From: Gemmatimonadales bacterium
Lineage (GTDB): Bacteria; Gemmatimonadota; Gemmatimonadetes; Gemmatimonadales; GWC2-71-9
Assembly: GCA_036741755.1 (NCBI GenBank)
Contig: DAINRP010000002.1
Location: 1-36,908, forward strand
Length of the DNA: 36,908 nucleotides
Direction: 5' to 3'
The notes beneath the pieces are model-generated. The model saw only the letters and a list, made by a program, of their open reading frames with translations. It did no database searches and was not told the origin of the DNA. The position numbers and the translations under genes were made by a program. Below are positions 1 to 10,056 of this stretch, one piece after another; position 1 is the stretch's first letter, and each line of letters starts with the position of its first letter.

Positions 1-552
1 ATCGCGCGTGAGGCGGTGGACACCCACCTGAAGGTCGCCGGCGCGCTGATCGATCCGAAGTCCACCGGGTCGCAGAAGTTCCAGGCGCTGCTCAAGTCGG
101 CGGCCTTCTACGGGCTCTGGTATCCCAAGCTCTGGCTGCCGTTCAGGAGCTGGTTCGGCTACGGAGAGTTCGGCCGCCTTGCGGGACACATGCGGTTCGT
201 GGAGCGCTCCAGCCGGAAGCTGGGGCGGAACCTCTTCCACTGCATGATCCGGTTCGGCCCGAAGCTGGAGAAGAAGCAGGCGGTGCTGGGCCGGCTGGTG
301 GAGATCGGTGCGGAGCTGCTGGCGATCTCGGCCTCCTGCTCGCGGGCGCAGATGATGCTCAAGAAGGCGCCGAACGAGACCGGGCCACGCGAGCTCGCGG
401 ATGTCTTCAGCCGGCAGGCGCGGCGGCGGGTCGAGCAGAAGTTCCACGAGCTGTGGGCCAACGACGACGACGCGACCTACACCACCGCGCGTCACGTTCT
501 GGACGACCACTTCCTCTGGCTCGAATCAGGGGTCGTGAAGAGTCCGTACTAG
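1..552 (+). CDS. Acyl-CoA dehydrogenase family protein, C-terminal fragment (5' end outside the window)
   Basis: The frame is open from base 1 (IAREAVDTHLK...), and the GTG at 16 is only the ORF-finder start. The helical C-terminal region (GPKLEKKQAVLGRLVEIGAELLAI...) resembles the C-terminal extension of long FadE-type acyl-CoA dehydrogenases, from memory. A strong terminator follows. Confidence 0.55.
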   Translation: MAREAVDTHLKVAGALIDPKSTGSQKFQALLKSAAFYGLWYPKLWLPFRSWFGYGEFGRLAGHMRFVERSSRKLGRNLFHCMIRFGPKLEKKQAVLGRLVEIGAELLAISASCSRAQMMLKKAPNETGPRELADVFSRQARRRVEQKFHELWANDDDATYTTARHVLDDHFLWLESGVVKSPY

Positions 553-571
553 CACCACGGACGAAGCGAAC

Positions 572-604
572 GCGGGGCGGACCATCCGGTCCGCCCCGCT
601 TTTT
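572..604 (+). terminator. Rho-independent terminator (12-bp GC stem, 4-nt loop, T5 tract)
   Basis: GCGGGGCGGACC-atcc-GGTCCGCCCCGC is followed by TTTTT. It lies 20 nt after the stop at 552, between convergent genes. Confidence 0.75.
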
Positions 605-634
605 CGCGCCAGGATCGTCCCCGGGTTCAACCGG

Positions 635-1186
635 TCACTCCCGCTTCCGGGGTGCCGGCACCACGCAGGTGTAGCCATAAGCCAGTTGCTGCAGCTCGCC
701 GCCCTTGTCCTCGAAGAGGCCACTCACCGTCACGCACTTCTCCAGCGAGGCCTCCAGGGCCACCGTGCCCCGGTAGCGGCCGGCTACCTTGGCGCTAGGG
801 TGCTGCCGCTCGAACTCCACCCGGGACATCCGGCCACGAGCCGCGGGGCCGACGACGAGGACCAGGCGCTGGTCGGTATCGAAGTAGAGGGTGGGCGACT
901 CCTTCGTCTCATCGACCTTGATGCTGGGGCGGATCACCGCGCCGCCCAGGGTCCAGCGCGGCTGGGGTGAGAGCCGCCGGGGCAGACGCGAGCTGGCCAG
1001 CGCCTCTCGCTGGCCCCGCTCGGAGAAGATCTTCTGGATATCGGTGAGCGTGGTGCGGCCGAGAATCAGCCCCACCATGTCGCTCGCACGGTTGGAGGAC
1101 ACCGCGAAGCGCGCAGGCTCCTGCTGTGCGGCGAGCGGCGCCTGCACCAGCAGGAGCAAACCGAGAGTGTGATGCAGAGCACGCAT
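635..1186 (-). CDS. Hypothetical secreted protein
   Basis: 183-aa ORF with an N-terminal signal peptide (MRALHHTLGLLLLVQAPLAAQQ). I recognised no family. Confidence 0.55.
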   Translation of the reverse strand: MRALHHTLGLLLLVQAPLAAQQEPARFAVSSNRASDMVGLILGRTTLTDIQKIFSERGQREALASSRLPRRLSPQPRWTLGGAVIRPSIKVDETKESPTLYFDTDQRLVLVVGPAARGRMSRVEFERQHPSAKVAGRYRGTVALEASLEKCVTVSGLFEDKGGELQQLAYGYTCVVPAPRKRE

Positions 1187-1467
1187 CCTGGGGCCGTCCT
1201 GAGTGGGTCACATCACTCCGGGGCAACCTGCGTACCGCTCTGCGGGGCACGCGCTAAGCCGTTGCCCTGAAAGCGTCTTCGCGCAGGACGGGAGATTCCC
1301 TTGCCCGGCGGGACCGGCAAGGCGCGACCGGCAGGGAGAAGCGCATGCCGGAGGCGGAACCTAAAGATTCCGGGCGCCGGGCGGCGCTTCGAGGGAAGTC
1401 GCCTTAGATTGGGGCGGGTTAACTGCGGGCGGCGACGGCGATCGCCTTCAACATCCGGGAGCGCGCG

Positions 1468-1857
1468 ATGGCGACAGCAGAGGGACGGACACTCGCATTC
1501 GTGGGACCCGAGCAGGTGGATGTGGCCGTCCTCGAGACCTTCGGATACGAGGGCCCGGAGCAGGAAATCCTCACCGAGACGGATGAATTCAGCGCGGTCT
1601 GCCCGTACAGCGGTCTGCCGGATTTCGCCAAGCTGACGATCCGCTACGTCCCCGGCGGTCGCTGCATCGAGCTCAAGAGTCTCAAGTACTATGTCACCAG
1701 CTATCGCAACGTCGGCATCTTCCAGGAGCATGCAACCGCGAAGATGGCCGAGGACCTGCACCGCGTGCTCGAGCCGAAATGGCTCGAGGTGAAGACCGTG
1801 TACAACCTGCGCGGTGGATTTCTCACGACCTGCACGGTGCGGCTTCCGCCCACTTAG
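1468..1857 (+). CDS. queF: NADPH-dependent 7-cyano-7-deazaguanine (preQ0) reductase, unimodular type
   Basis: Contains the QueF motif E-L-K-S-L-K-Y-Y and the catalytic Cys context AVCPYSGLPDF. The 129-aa size fits type I QueF. An SD GGGAG lies 6 nt before the ATG. Confidence 0.9.
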   Translation: MATAEGRTLAFVGPEQVDVAVLETFGYEGPEQEILTETDEFSAVCPYSGLPDFAKLTIRYVPGGRCIELKSLKYYVTSYRNVGIFQEHATAKMAEDLHRVLEPKWLEVKTVYNLRGGFLTTCTVRLPPT

Positions 1858-2534
1858 GGGCGCCGCCGCCTGGGCAGCGAGAGGACATACCCCGTCACCA
1901 CCACGGCGAGCGCCACCAGACTCGCGCCGATCAGCAGCAGCCGGATGTGACGCCGCTCGATGTGCAGGGCGGTGAGCGAGCCGAAGGTATGCAGTCCATG
2001 CAGGGTGCTGGAGGTCCGGCTGGCGGTCGTGCTGATGTTGATCAGACCATCCTGGGTGCTGACGTGGAACCACGTGGCCTCCGCGTCTCCAAAGGTCACC
2101 CGCCAGGCCGGCAGGCTTCCCGGATAGCCCCGGTCGTTGGCGCGGATCAGCCCGGCTGACACGATCGCTCCACCCGGGACGGCGCCCTGTGCGAGTGCTC
2201 TGGCCAGCGACTCCGTGACCACGATTCGTTCACCCGTCCCCGCGTCGATGAGCACCGTCCCCCGTGGCGAGCCCCTGACCCGATAGATCACGCGGTCGCC
2301 GAGACGATCGAGTTCGACGGCGCGGACCCCGCGCAGGCCACTGTCTCCACCGGTCGCGGCGGCGACAGCGGCGGATGGCGCGACGACAGCCTTGCCGTAG
2401 TCCGGCGGATCCGCGCGACCCTTCCCGCGCCCCTCCGCCGCACTGAGCAGCACGCCCGTCACGATCCACATGAGGAGCACCACCCCGATGGTGACTCCGA
2501 CCCACTTGTGCACCTTGTAGAACCAGCGCAGCAC
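1854..2534 (-). CDS. PepSY domain-containing membrane protein
   Basis: GTG start with GGAG 6 nt upstream. The N-terminal motif FYKVHKWVGVTIGVVLLMWIVTG and a C-terminal TM helix flank a periplasmic PepSY-like segment. Confidence 0.65.
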   Translation of the reverse strand: MLRWFYKVHKWVGVTIGVVLLMWIVTGVLLSAAEGRGKGRADPPDYGKAVVAPSAAVAAATGGDSGLRGVRAVELDRLGDRVIYRVRGSPRGTVLIDAGTGERIVVTESLARALAQGAVPGGAIVSAGLIRANDRGYPGSLPAWRVTFGDAEATWFHVSTQDGLINISTTASRTSSTLHGLHTFGSLTALHIERRHIRLLLIGASLVALAVVVTGYVLSLPRRRRP

Positions 2535-2700
2535 CGATCGCTCCTTCCCCCTAGTTGTTCCTCGTCAGCGGGCCCCATGACGACCTTTGGGGCCCAGTCC
2601 CCTCATTCGCCGGCCACCGTCCCCCTCGGGGCGCGGACCGGCCGCAACGAACGATGCACCGGAATGATGAACGGAGGATGACAGCGCGCGCGAGCGGGGC

Positions 2701-3627
2701 CTAACTGACGCCCACGAGACTCGCGGCCAGCGCCCGGATCCGATCGCTGTCCGGCACCGCCTCGACCCAGCGTCCGGGGACGGCGCGCTCGCCGTCCCGG
2801 GCACCCATCAGTCCGCCGGCGACGGCCGCGTTGGTGTCGGTATCTCCGCCGGCGTTGACCAGCCACAGCAGCCCGCGTTCGAGGTTTGGCTCGTGATAGG
2901 CAAACCAGAGTGCGATCTCCACCCCATGCACCACGTATCCCGCCGCGGCCCCCACGACCGGCAGTTCCTCCTTCTTCTCCAGTGGCACCCGGCGGACCGC
3001 CGCGAGCAGTTCCGCGGGCGCCTGATTGCTGGTCAGCGACTCGACCACATCCCCGATGAAGTCGCGCCGTCCCTGCAGGAAACAGGCGGCCGCGACATTC
3101 ACCGCCACCGCGCCCCAGGCGCAGCGCTCATCCGGATGCGTCAGCACCGCGGTGTGATAGGTCCCGCTGATGAGATTCGCCGGCTGAGCGAAGGTACGGA
3201 GCGCCACCGGCAGACAGCGCGAGATCGTCCCGTTGCCGGCCTGCCCGCCGGTGGACGTCGGCGGCGAGTCGTGGGTGCGGATGTGACGCAGCGCCGTCCT
3301 GGTCCACACCCCGATCCCGCGACCATCACGCTCGGCCCACTCGGCCCAGCGCATCGCGAGCCGATGGAGATCGACCTCCGGCTCGAGCAGCTCTTCGGCG
3401 AGAATGAGCGTGAGCGCGACGTCATCATCATAGGGCGAGTCGGGACGGTCCTCGCGCAGGAGCTCGCGGATCCCGCCGGGAAATTCGGCCGCGATCCGCT
3501 CGGCCGTCCCGAGAAACTCGGTTGGCACACCGAGTGCGTTACCGGCTGCGTGTCCGAGCAGCGCGCCCCGTGCGCGACTGGCGAGATCGGGAGCATTCAT
3601 GAGTACGATTACCAGAGAGTCCGACAT
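2701..3627 (-). CDS. ADP-ribosylglycohydrolase family protein
   Basis: Carries GALLGHAAGNALGVPTEF at the N-terminus, a PYDDD segment, and the C-terminal GGDTDTNAAVAGGLMGA metal-site motif. The start could instead be the ATG at 3600 (MNAPDL...). Confidence 0.85.
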   Translation of the reverse strand: MSDSLVIVLMNAPDLASRARGALLGHAAGNALGVPTEFLGTAERIAAEFPGGIRELLREDRPDSPYDDDVALTLILAEELLEPEVDLHRLAMRWAEWAERDGRGIGVWTRTALRHIRTHDSPPTSTGGQAGNGTISRCLPVALRTFAQPANLISGTYHTAVLTHPDERCAWGAVAVNVAAACFLQGRRDFIGDVVESLTSNQAPAELLAAVRRVPLEKKEELPVVGAAAGYVVHGVEIALWFAYHEPNLERGLLWLVNAGGDTDTNAAVAGGLMGARDGERAVPGRWVEAVPDSDRIRALAASLVGVS

Positions 3628-6274
3628 GCGCCGAGGTGGGGCCAGGCCGCCAGCCGAAGGGGGCCAACCCGTTGGCGCCCCTAAGGTAACCGCGCCCGCC
3701 GAGCCGGGGCCATCGGGCAGTCGGGCAGCCAGCCTCAGTCGGCTGGCCCCCTTCGCGGCGGCTGGATTCTTCGGCCTGGCACTCTGGGGCGTCCACCACG
3801 CACTCGCCGGCGTGAGCTACGGGACACTCTGGCACGCCATTCTGTCCGTGGGACCCAATCAGCTCGCGCTCGCGGGCCTCCTCGCGGTCTTCGCCTATGT
3901 CGCACTGACGGGCTACGACGTGCTGGCGCTACGGTACGTCAAGCACCCGCTGGACTACCCCCGCACCGGTCTCGCCTCGTTTATCGCCTTTGCCTTCAGC
4001 AACAGCGTGGGGCTCGCCCTGCTGACCGGCGCCTCGGTGCGTACCCGGCTCTACTCCGCGTGGGGCCTGCCCACGCCGCTCATCGGACGCATCGTGGCCT
4101 TCGGTGCCGCGACGCTGTGGCTGGGAGTGCTGGCCGTGGCGGGGACGGCTCTCGTGGCGGAGCCAGCAACCATTGCCACCCTGGCGCATGCGCCGCGGTG
4201 GGCCATGCTGCTCGCCGGACTCGGCTGCCTCACGGTCGTCGCGCTGTACTTCGGCTGGTGCGGGCTCTGGCGCCGGCCGCTGGCGATCCGCGGCTGGCGG
4301 TTCGAGCCGCCCTCACTGCCAATTGCGCTCGGTCAGCTCACGGTGTCGGTGTTCGAGTGGCTCGCCGCAGCGGGCATCCTCTACGTGCTGCTGCCGGCGG
4401 GGACGGGAATCTCCTATCCGGCATTCGCCGGCCTCTTCGTCGTTGCCCAGGGGCTGGGTCTCGCGAGCCATGTGCCCGGCGGATTGGGCGTGTTCGAGGG
4501 GACGATGCTGGTGCTCGCGGGACAGCGACTGCCGGTGACGGCACTCGCGGGCGCGCTGCTCACCTTCCGCGCGATCTACTATTTCGCCCCGCTGCTCGGC
4601 GCCACCATCCTGCTGACCGGGCACGAAGGGCTGCGGCACCGCGCGCTGCTCGGGCGCGCGTCACGCGCCATCGGCCGGCTGGTCCCGGTCTTCACCCCGC
4701 CGCTCCTCGCGATCACCGTCTTTGCGACGGGCAGCATCCTGCTGATGTCGGGGGCCACCCCGACCTCCGCGTGGCGGCTGGAATTGCTGCGGGAGATGGT
4801 TCCGCTGCCGGTGCTCGAAGCGTCGCACTTTCTGGCGAGCCTCACCGGCGCCGGACTGGTGCTGCTGGCCTACGGCCTGTACCGGCGCCTGAACGCCGCA
4901 TGGTGGCTGACCACCATGCTGCTCGCCGCGGGCGCCATCACCTCCATGCTGAAGGGCCTCGACTTCGAAGAGGCCACGGTGGCCGTGCTCGCGCTCGGGG
5001 CCCTGCTGCCCGCCCGGGCGGCGTTCACCCGGCGGAGCTCGCTCCTCGAAGAGCCCTGGACTCCCGGCTGGGGAATCGCGGTCGCTGTCGCCCTGGGCAC
5101 CTCGGTCTGGCTCGGCTTCTTCGCCTATCGTCATGTCGACTACTCGAACAGCCTCTGGTGGCAGTTCGAGTTCGGCGCCGATGCGCCCCGCTTCCTGCGC
5201 GCCACGGTGGGCGCGATGAGCGTGGCGCTCCTCCTCGCCCTGGTCCGGCTGCTGCGCCCCGCGCGTCGGGTGCACGTCGCGCCGACCGCGGAAGATCTGA
5301 CGCGCGCCACCGCGATCGTCGCCCGCCAGGGTCAGGCGCTGGGCAACCTCGCCTTGCTCGGCGACAAGACCCTGCTGTTCAATGACGCGGGCACGGCCTT
5401 CCTGATGTACGCGGTCCAGGGTCGCAGCTGGATCGTCATGGGGGATCCCATCGGCAGTGACGAGGATGCCGCCGATCTCGCGTGGAGATTCCGCGAAATG
5501 GTGGACAGCGTCGGCGGATGGCCGGTGTTCTACGAAGTGAGCCGCCATCGGCTGCCCATCTATCTCGAGCAGGGCCTGAGCCTCGTGAAGCTGGGAGAGG
5601 AAGCCCGGGTTCCGCTGCCGACCTTCTCGCTCGAGGGGAGTTCGAGGGCGCGATTCCGCAACTGGCGCAATGCCGCGGAGAAGGCGGGTTGTCAGGCCGA
5701 AGTGCTGCCCGCGGGCTCGAGCGACACCCTGCTCGAGGATCTCCGCCGGATCTCCGACGACTGGCTCGCCGCGAAGCGGACGCGGGAGAAGCGCTTTTCA
5801 CTCGGCGCATTTTCCCCCGATTACCTGCGCCGCTGCCCCATCGCGGTGGTACGCCAGCACGGCCGGCCGGTGGCCTTCGCGACGCTCATGACCACGGACA
5901 CCAAGGACGAGCTGACCCTCGACCTGATGCGTTACGCCGCGGATGCGCCGCCCAACGTCATGACCTATCTGCTGGTGCAACTCATGCTCTGGGGCCGGAG
6001 CAACGGGTATCGGTGGTTCAGCCTTGGCATGGCGCCGCTCGCTGGACTCGAGCAGCGGGCCCTGGCCCCGCTCTGGCATCGTGCCGGCTCATTCGTGTTC
6101 CGGCAGGGCGAGAGCTTCTACAACTTCAAGGGCCTCCGCGATTACAAGGACCGCTTCGACCCCCTCTGGGAGCCGCGGTATCTCGCGTCGCCCGGCGGAC
6201 TCGCCCTGCCCTTCATTCTCGCCGACATCGCCGCCCTCATCGGGGGCGGCATCAAGGGAGTCTTCGCCAAATGA
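3599..6274 (+). CDS. mprF: Bifunctional lysyl-phosphatidylglycerol flippase/synthetase (MprF/LpiA family)
   Basis: 891 aa. It has a long polytopic N-terminal membrane domain plus a C-terminal aminoacyl-PG synthase domain (FSLGAFSPDYL..., WFSLGMAPL..., FYNFKGLRDYKDRFDPLWEPRYL). An alternative start is the ATG at 3626. Confidence 0.9.
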   Translation: MSTITRESDMRRGGARPPAEGGQPVGAPKVTAPAEPGPSGSRAASLSRLAPFAAAGFFGLALWGVHHALAGVSYGTLWHAILSVGPNQLALAGLLAVFAYVALTGYDVLALRYVKHPLDYPRTGLASFIAFAFSNSVGLALLTGASVRTRLYSAWGLPTPLIGRIVAFGAATLWLGVLAVAGTALVAEPATIATLAHAPRWAMLLAGLGCLTVVALYFGWCGLWRRPLAIRGWRFEPPSLPIALGQLTVSVFEWLAAAGILYVLLPAGTGISYPAFAGLFVVAQGLGLASHVPGGLGVFEGTMLVLAGQRLPVTALAGALLTFRAIYYFAPLLGATILLTGHEGLRHRALLGRASRAIGRLVPVFTPPLLAITVFATGSILLMSGATPTSAWRLELLREMVPLPVLEASHFLASLTGAGLVLLAYGLYRRLNAAWWLTTMLLAAGAITSMLKGLDFEEATVAVLALGALLPARAAFTRRSSLLEEPWTPGWGIAVAVALGTSVWLGFFAYRHVDYSNSLWWQFEFGADAPRFLRATVGAMSVALLLALVRLLRPARRVHVAPTAEDLTRATAIVARQGQALGNLALLGDKTLLFNDAGTAFLMYAVQGRSWIVMGDPIGSDEDAADLAWRFREMVDSVGGWPVFYEVSRHRLPIYLEQGLSLVKLGEEARVPLPTFSLEGSSRARFRNWRNAAEKAGCQAEVLPAGSSDTLLEDLRRISDDWLAAKRTREKRFSLGAFSPDYLRRCPIAVVRQHGRPVAFATLMTTDTKDELTLDLMRYAADAPPNVMTYLLVQLMLWGRSNGYRWFSLGMAPLAGLEQRALAPLWHRAGSFVFRQGESFYNFKGLRDYKDRFDPLWEPRYLASPGGLALPFILADIAALIGGGIKGVFAK

Positions 6275-7677
6275 CCGGTGCTCTGCTTCTCCTCGCCTCA
6301 GCGCTCGCCGCTGCACCCCAGACGCCCGCCACGGACCCGGCGCTGCACTTCGGGCATTTCGGTACCGTCAGCATCTATCGCCCCACCACTTCCCCGACGT
6401 CGGTGGCCCTGTTCTTCTCGGGTGATGGCGGCTGGAACCAGGGTGTCGTGGAGATGGCCCGCGCGGCGGCCGCCAGCGGGACCCTGGTGCTTGGCGTGGA
6501 CACGCCTCACTACCTGAAGGCGGTGGACGCCAGAGGAGATCGCTGCAGCTACTTCGCCGCTGACGCCGAGGCGCTCAGCCAGTACGCGCAGAAGAGCCTC
6601 GGACTCACCCGCTATCAGACGCCGATCCTCGTTGGCTACTCCTCGGGTGCCGGCCTGGCGTACGCGGCGCTCGCGCAATCGCCTGACAACACCTTCGGCG
6701 GCGCGCTGAGCGTCGGGTTCGACCCGCTGCTGCCCACCCAGACGTCACCGTGCGACCGGAACGGGCTCGCGAGCACCCTGGGACCGAATGGACGCGGCCG
6801 CCGGCTCCGCCCCGTGCCGAAGCTGTCCGCGCCGTGGCTGATCCTGCAGGGCGAGGAGGATGTCGTCTCGCCCATCGACTCGGTCTCGGCGTTCGCGAAC
6901 GCCGTCCCCGGCGCAGAGGTCGTGGGCCTGGCACAGGTCGGGCACGGCTTCTCCAAGCCGATCACCTGGATGCCCCAGTTCAGAGATGCGCTGATCCGGC
7001 TGACGGCCGCCCCGACGAGCAGCACGGCGCCGTCGACCGCCCCGCTCGGCGAGTTGCCCGTGGTGGAACTCCCGCCGCCAGCGGAGCCCGGGGACTATTT
7101 CGCGATCGTGCTCTCCGGCGATGGCGGCTGGGCCAGCATCGACAAGCAGATCGGTGAGGAGCTGGTGAAGTCGGGGGTGCCGACGGTGGGATTCAATTCC
7201 CTGCAGTACTTCTGGCAGAAGCGGACACCCGAGGACATTTCCGCGGACCTCCAGCGGATGATCCGGCACTATCAGGCGGCCTTCCACCGCGAGAAGGTGA
7301 TCCTCGTCGGGTACTCCCTGGGGGCGGATGTGCTCCCCCTGATGGCCTCCCGCCTGCCGGCCGCCCTCCTCGACCAGGTCCAGCTGATTGCCTTCCTCGG
7401 CCTGGAGCACCAGACCGATCTGGAATTCCGCATGGGAGACTGGCTTGCGGCGCAGCATACCGCCGCCTACAGGCTCCTGCCGGAGATGCAGAAACTCCAG
7501 GGACGGGCACTGCTCTGCGTCTACGGGACCAAGGAAGGGGATACCCTCTGTCCCGATCTCCCGGCGGGGCTGGCGGATGTCGTCGCCATCAGGGGCGGGC
7601 ACCACTTTGACGGGGACTTTCACGGCCTGGCGCGCCTCATCATGTCCCACGTGAAGCCAAGCCATGGAAATCCCTGA
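6271..7677 (+). CDS. acvB: AcvB/VirJ family lysyl-phosphatidylglycerol hydrolase (periplasmic, two tandem alpha/beta-hydrolase-like halves)
   Basis: The ATG at 6271 overlaps the mprF stop (ATGA). It has a signal peptide MTGALLLLASALAAAP. The motif pair SGDGGW...VGYSxGA occurs twice. The pairing with mprF/lpiA is the known lpiA-acvB arrangement. Confidence 0.8.
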   Translation: MTGALLLLASALAAAPQTPATDPALHFGHFGTVSIYRPTTSPTSVALFFSGDGGWNQGVVEMARAAAASGTLVLGVDTPHYLKAVDARGDRCSYFAADAEALSQYAQKSLGLTRYQTPILVGYSSGAGLAYAALAQSPDNTFGGALSVGFDPLLPTQTSPCDRNGLASTLGPNGRGRRLRPVPKLSAPWLILQGEEDVVSPIDSVSAFANAVPGAEVVGLAQVGHGFSKPITWMPQFRDALIRLTAAPTSSTAPSTAPLGELPVVELPPPAEPGDYFAIVLSGDGGWASIDKQIGEELVKSGVPTVGFNSLQYFWQKRTPEDISADLQRMIRHYQAAFHREKVILVGYSLGADVLPLMASRLPAALLDQVQLIAFLGLEHQTDLEFRMGDWLAAQHTAAYRLLPEMQKLQGRALLCVYGTKEGDTLCPDLPAGLADVVAIRGGHHFDGDFHGLARLIMSHVKPSHGNP

Positions 7678-7732
7678 ATAGGCGTTCACTCTGCCTGACC
7701 CCTATTCCGCGCGCCGCCCTGCAGCGCTTATC

Positions 7733-9045
<1,313 letters not shown>

Positions 9046-9049
<4 letters not shown>

Positions 9050-10050
9050 ACGGGGCCGAGCTGGACGAACGGCTCTCCCGCCCGACGGACGGTGTGCTCG
9101 AGGTCCTCCGGCAGTTGCCGGGGGACCTTCTGGTTCTCGGCGCCGGCGGCAAGATGGGCCCCACCCTCGCGATGATGGCACGCCGGGCGCTCGATGGGCG
9201 GCATCGGGTCGTCGCGGTGTCGCGCTTCCGCGAGGAGGGTCTCCGGGACCGCCTCGAGGCGGCCGGGATCACGACCATCGTCGCGGACCTGCTCGATCCC
9301 ACCGCGCTCGCCCGGCTCCCCGACGCGCCGAATCTGATCTTCATGGCGGGCCAGAAGTTCGGCACCCAGTCGGCGCCGCATACCACCTGGGCGATGAACG
9401 CCATCGTCCCCGCGCGGGTCGCCGAACGGTACCGCGGGAGACGCACGGTGGTGTTCTCCACCGGCAACGTCTACCCGCTCACCCCGGTCGGCTCCGGCGG
9501 CCCGGCCGAGGAACACGCCATCGGACCGGTGGGCGAGTATGCGATGAGCTGTCTGGCACGGGAACGCATTTTCGAACACGCGGCGGTTGCGCACGGGACT
9601 CCCGTGGCCATCATGCGACTCAACTATGCGATCGACCTGCGCTACGGCGTGCTCGTGGACATTGCTCGCCGGGTGCGCGCCGGCGATCCGGTCCCGGTGA
9701 CGATGGGCCACGTGAACGTGATCTGGCAGGGGGACGCAAACGCCCGCGCGCTGCAATGCCTGGCCCTCGCGGCATCGCCGGCGGCGGTGCTGAATGTGAC
9801 GGGCCTGGAGACCATCAGCGTCCGCTGGCTGGCCGAGCGGTTCGGCGAACGATTCGGCCGCGTGCCGTATTTCGAGGGAACCGAACAAGCGGACGCGCTG
9901 CTCAGCAATGCGTCGCGGTCGGCGGCGCGCTTCGGGCCGCCGACCGTGACGCTCGACACCATGATCACCTGGGTCGCCGACTGGCTGGAGCAAGGCGGCC
10001 CGCTGCTTGCCAGGCCGACGCACTTCGAGGAACGATCGGGCCGATTCTGA
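9046..10050 (+). CDS. NAD-dependent epimerase/dehydratase family protein
   Basis: The ATG at 9046 overlaps the gltA stop (ATGA). It has a Rossmann motif LVLGAGGKMGP and an SDR-like body. The longer ORF-track entry 7927..10050 is an out-of-frame extension over gltA. Confidence 0.8.
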
Positions 10051-10056
10051 CCTGCG

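Noticed and set aside
1187-1467. 280-nt divergent intergenic region upstream of queF, examined for a preQ1 riboswitch or another structured RNA
   Set aside because: I found no recognisable preQ1 consensus. The region is most simply two divergent promoters, and the ORF 1301..1636 in it is Arg-rich junk overlapping queF.
5482-6270. Upstream extension of the AcvB ORF (the track gives 5482..7677, 731 aa)
   Set aside because: The extension overlaps the well-supported mprF C-terminal domain in another frame and is Arg/Pro/Ala-rich. The ATG at 6271, which forms an ATGA overlap and is followed by a signal peptide, is the sensible start.
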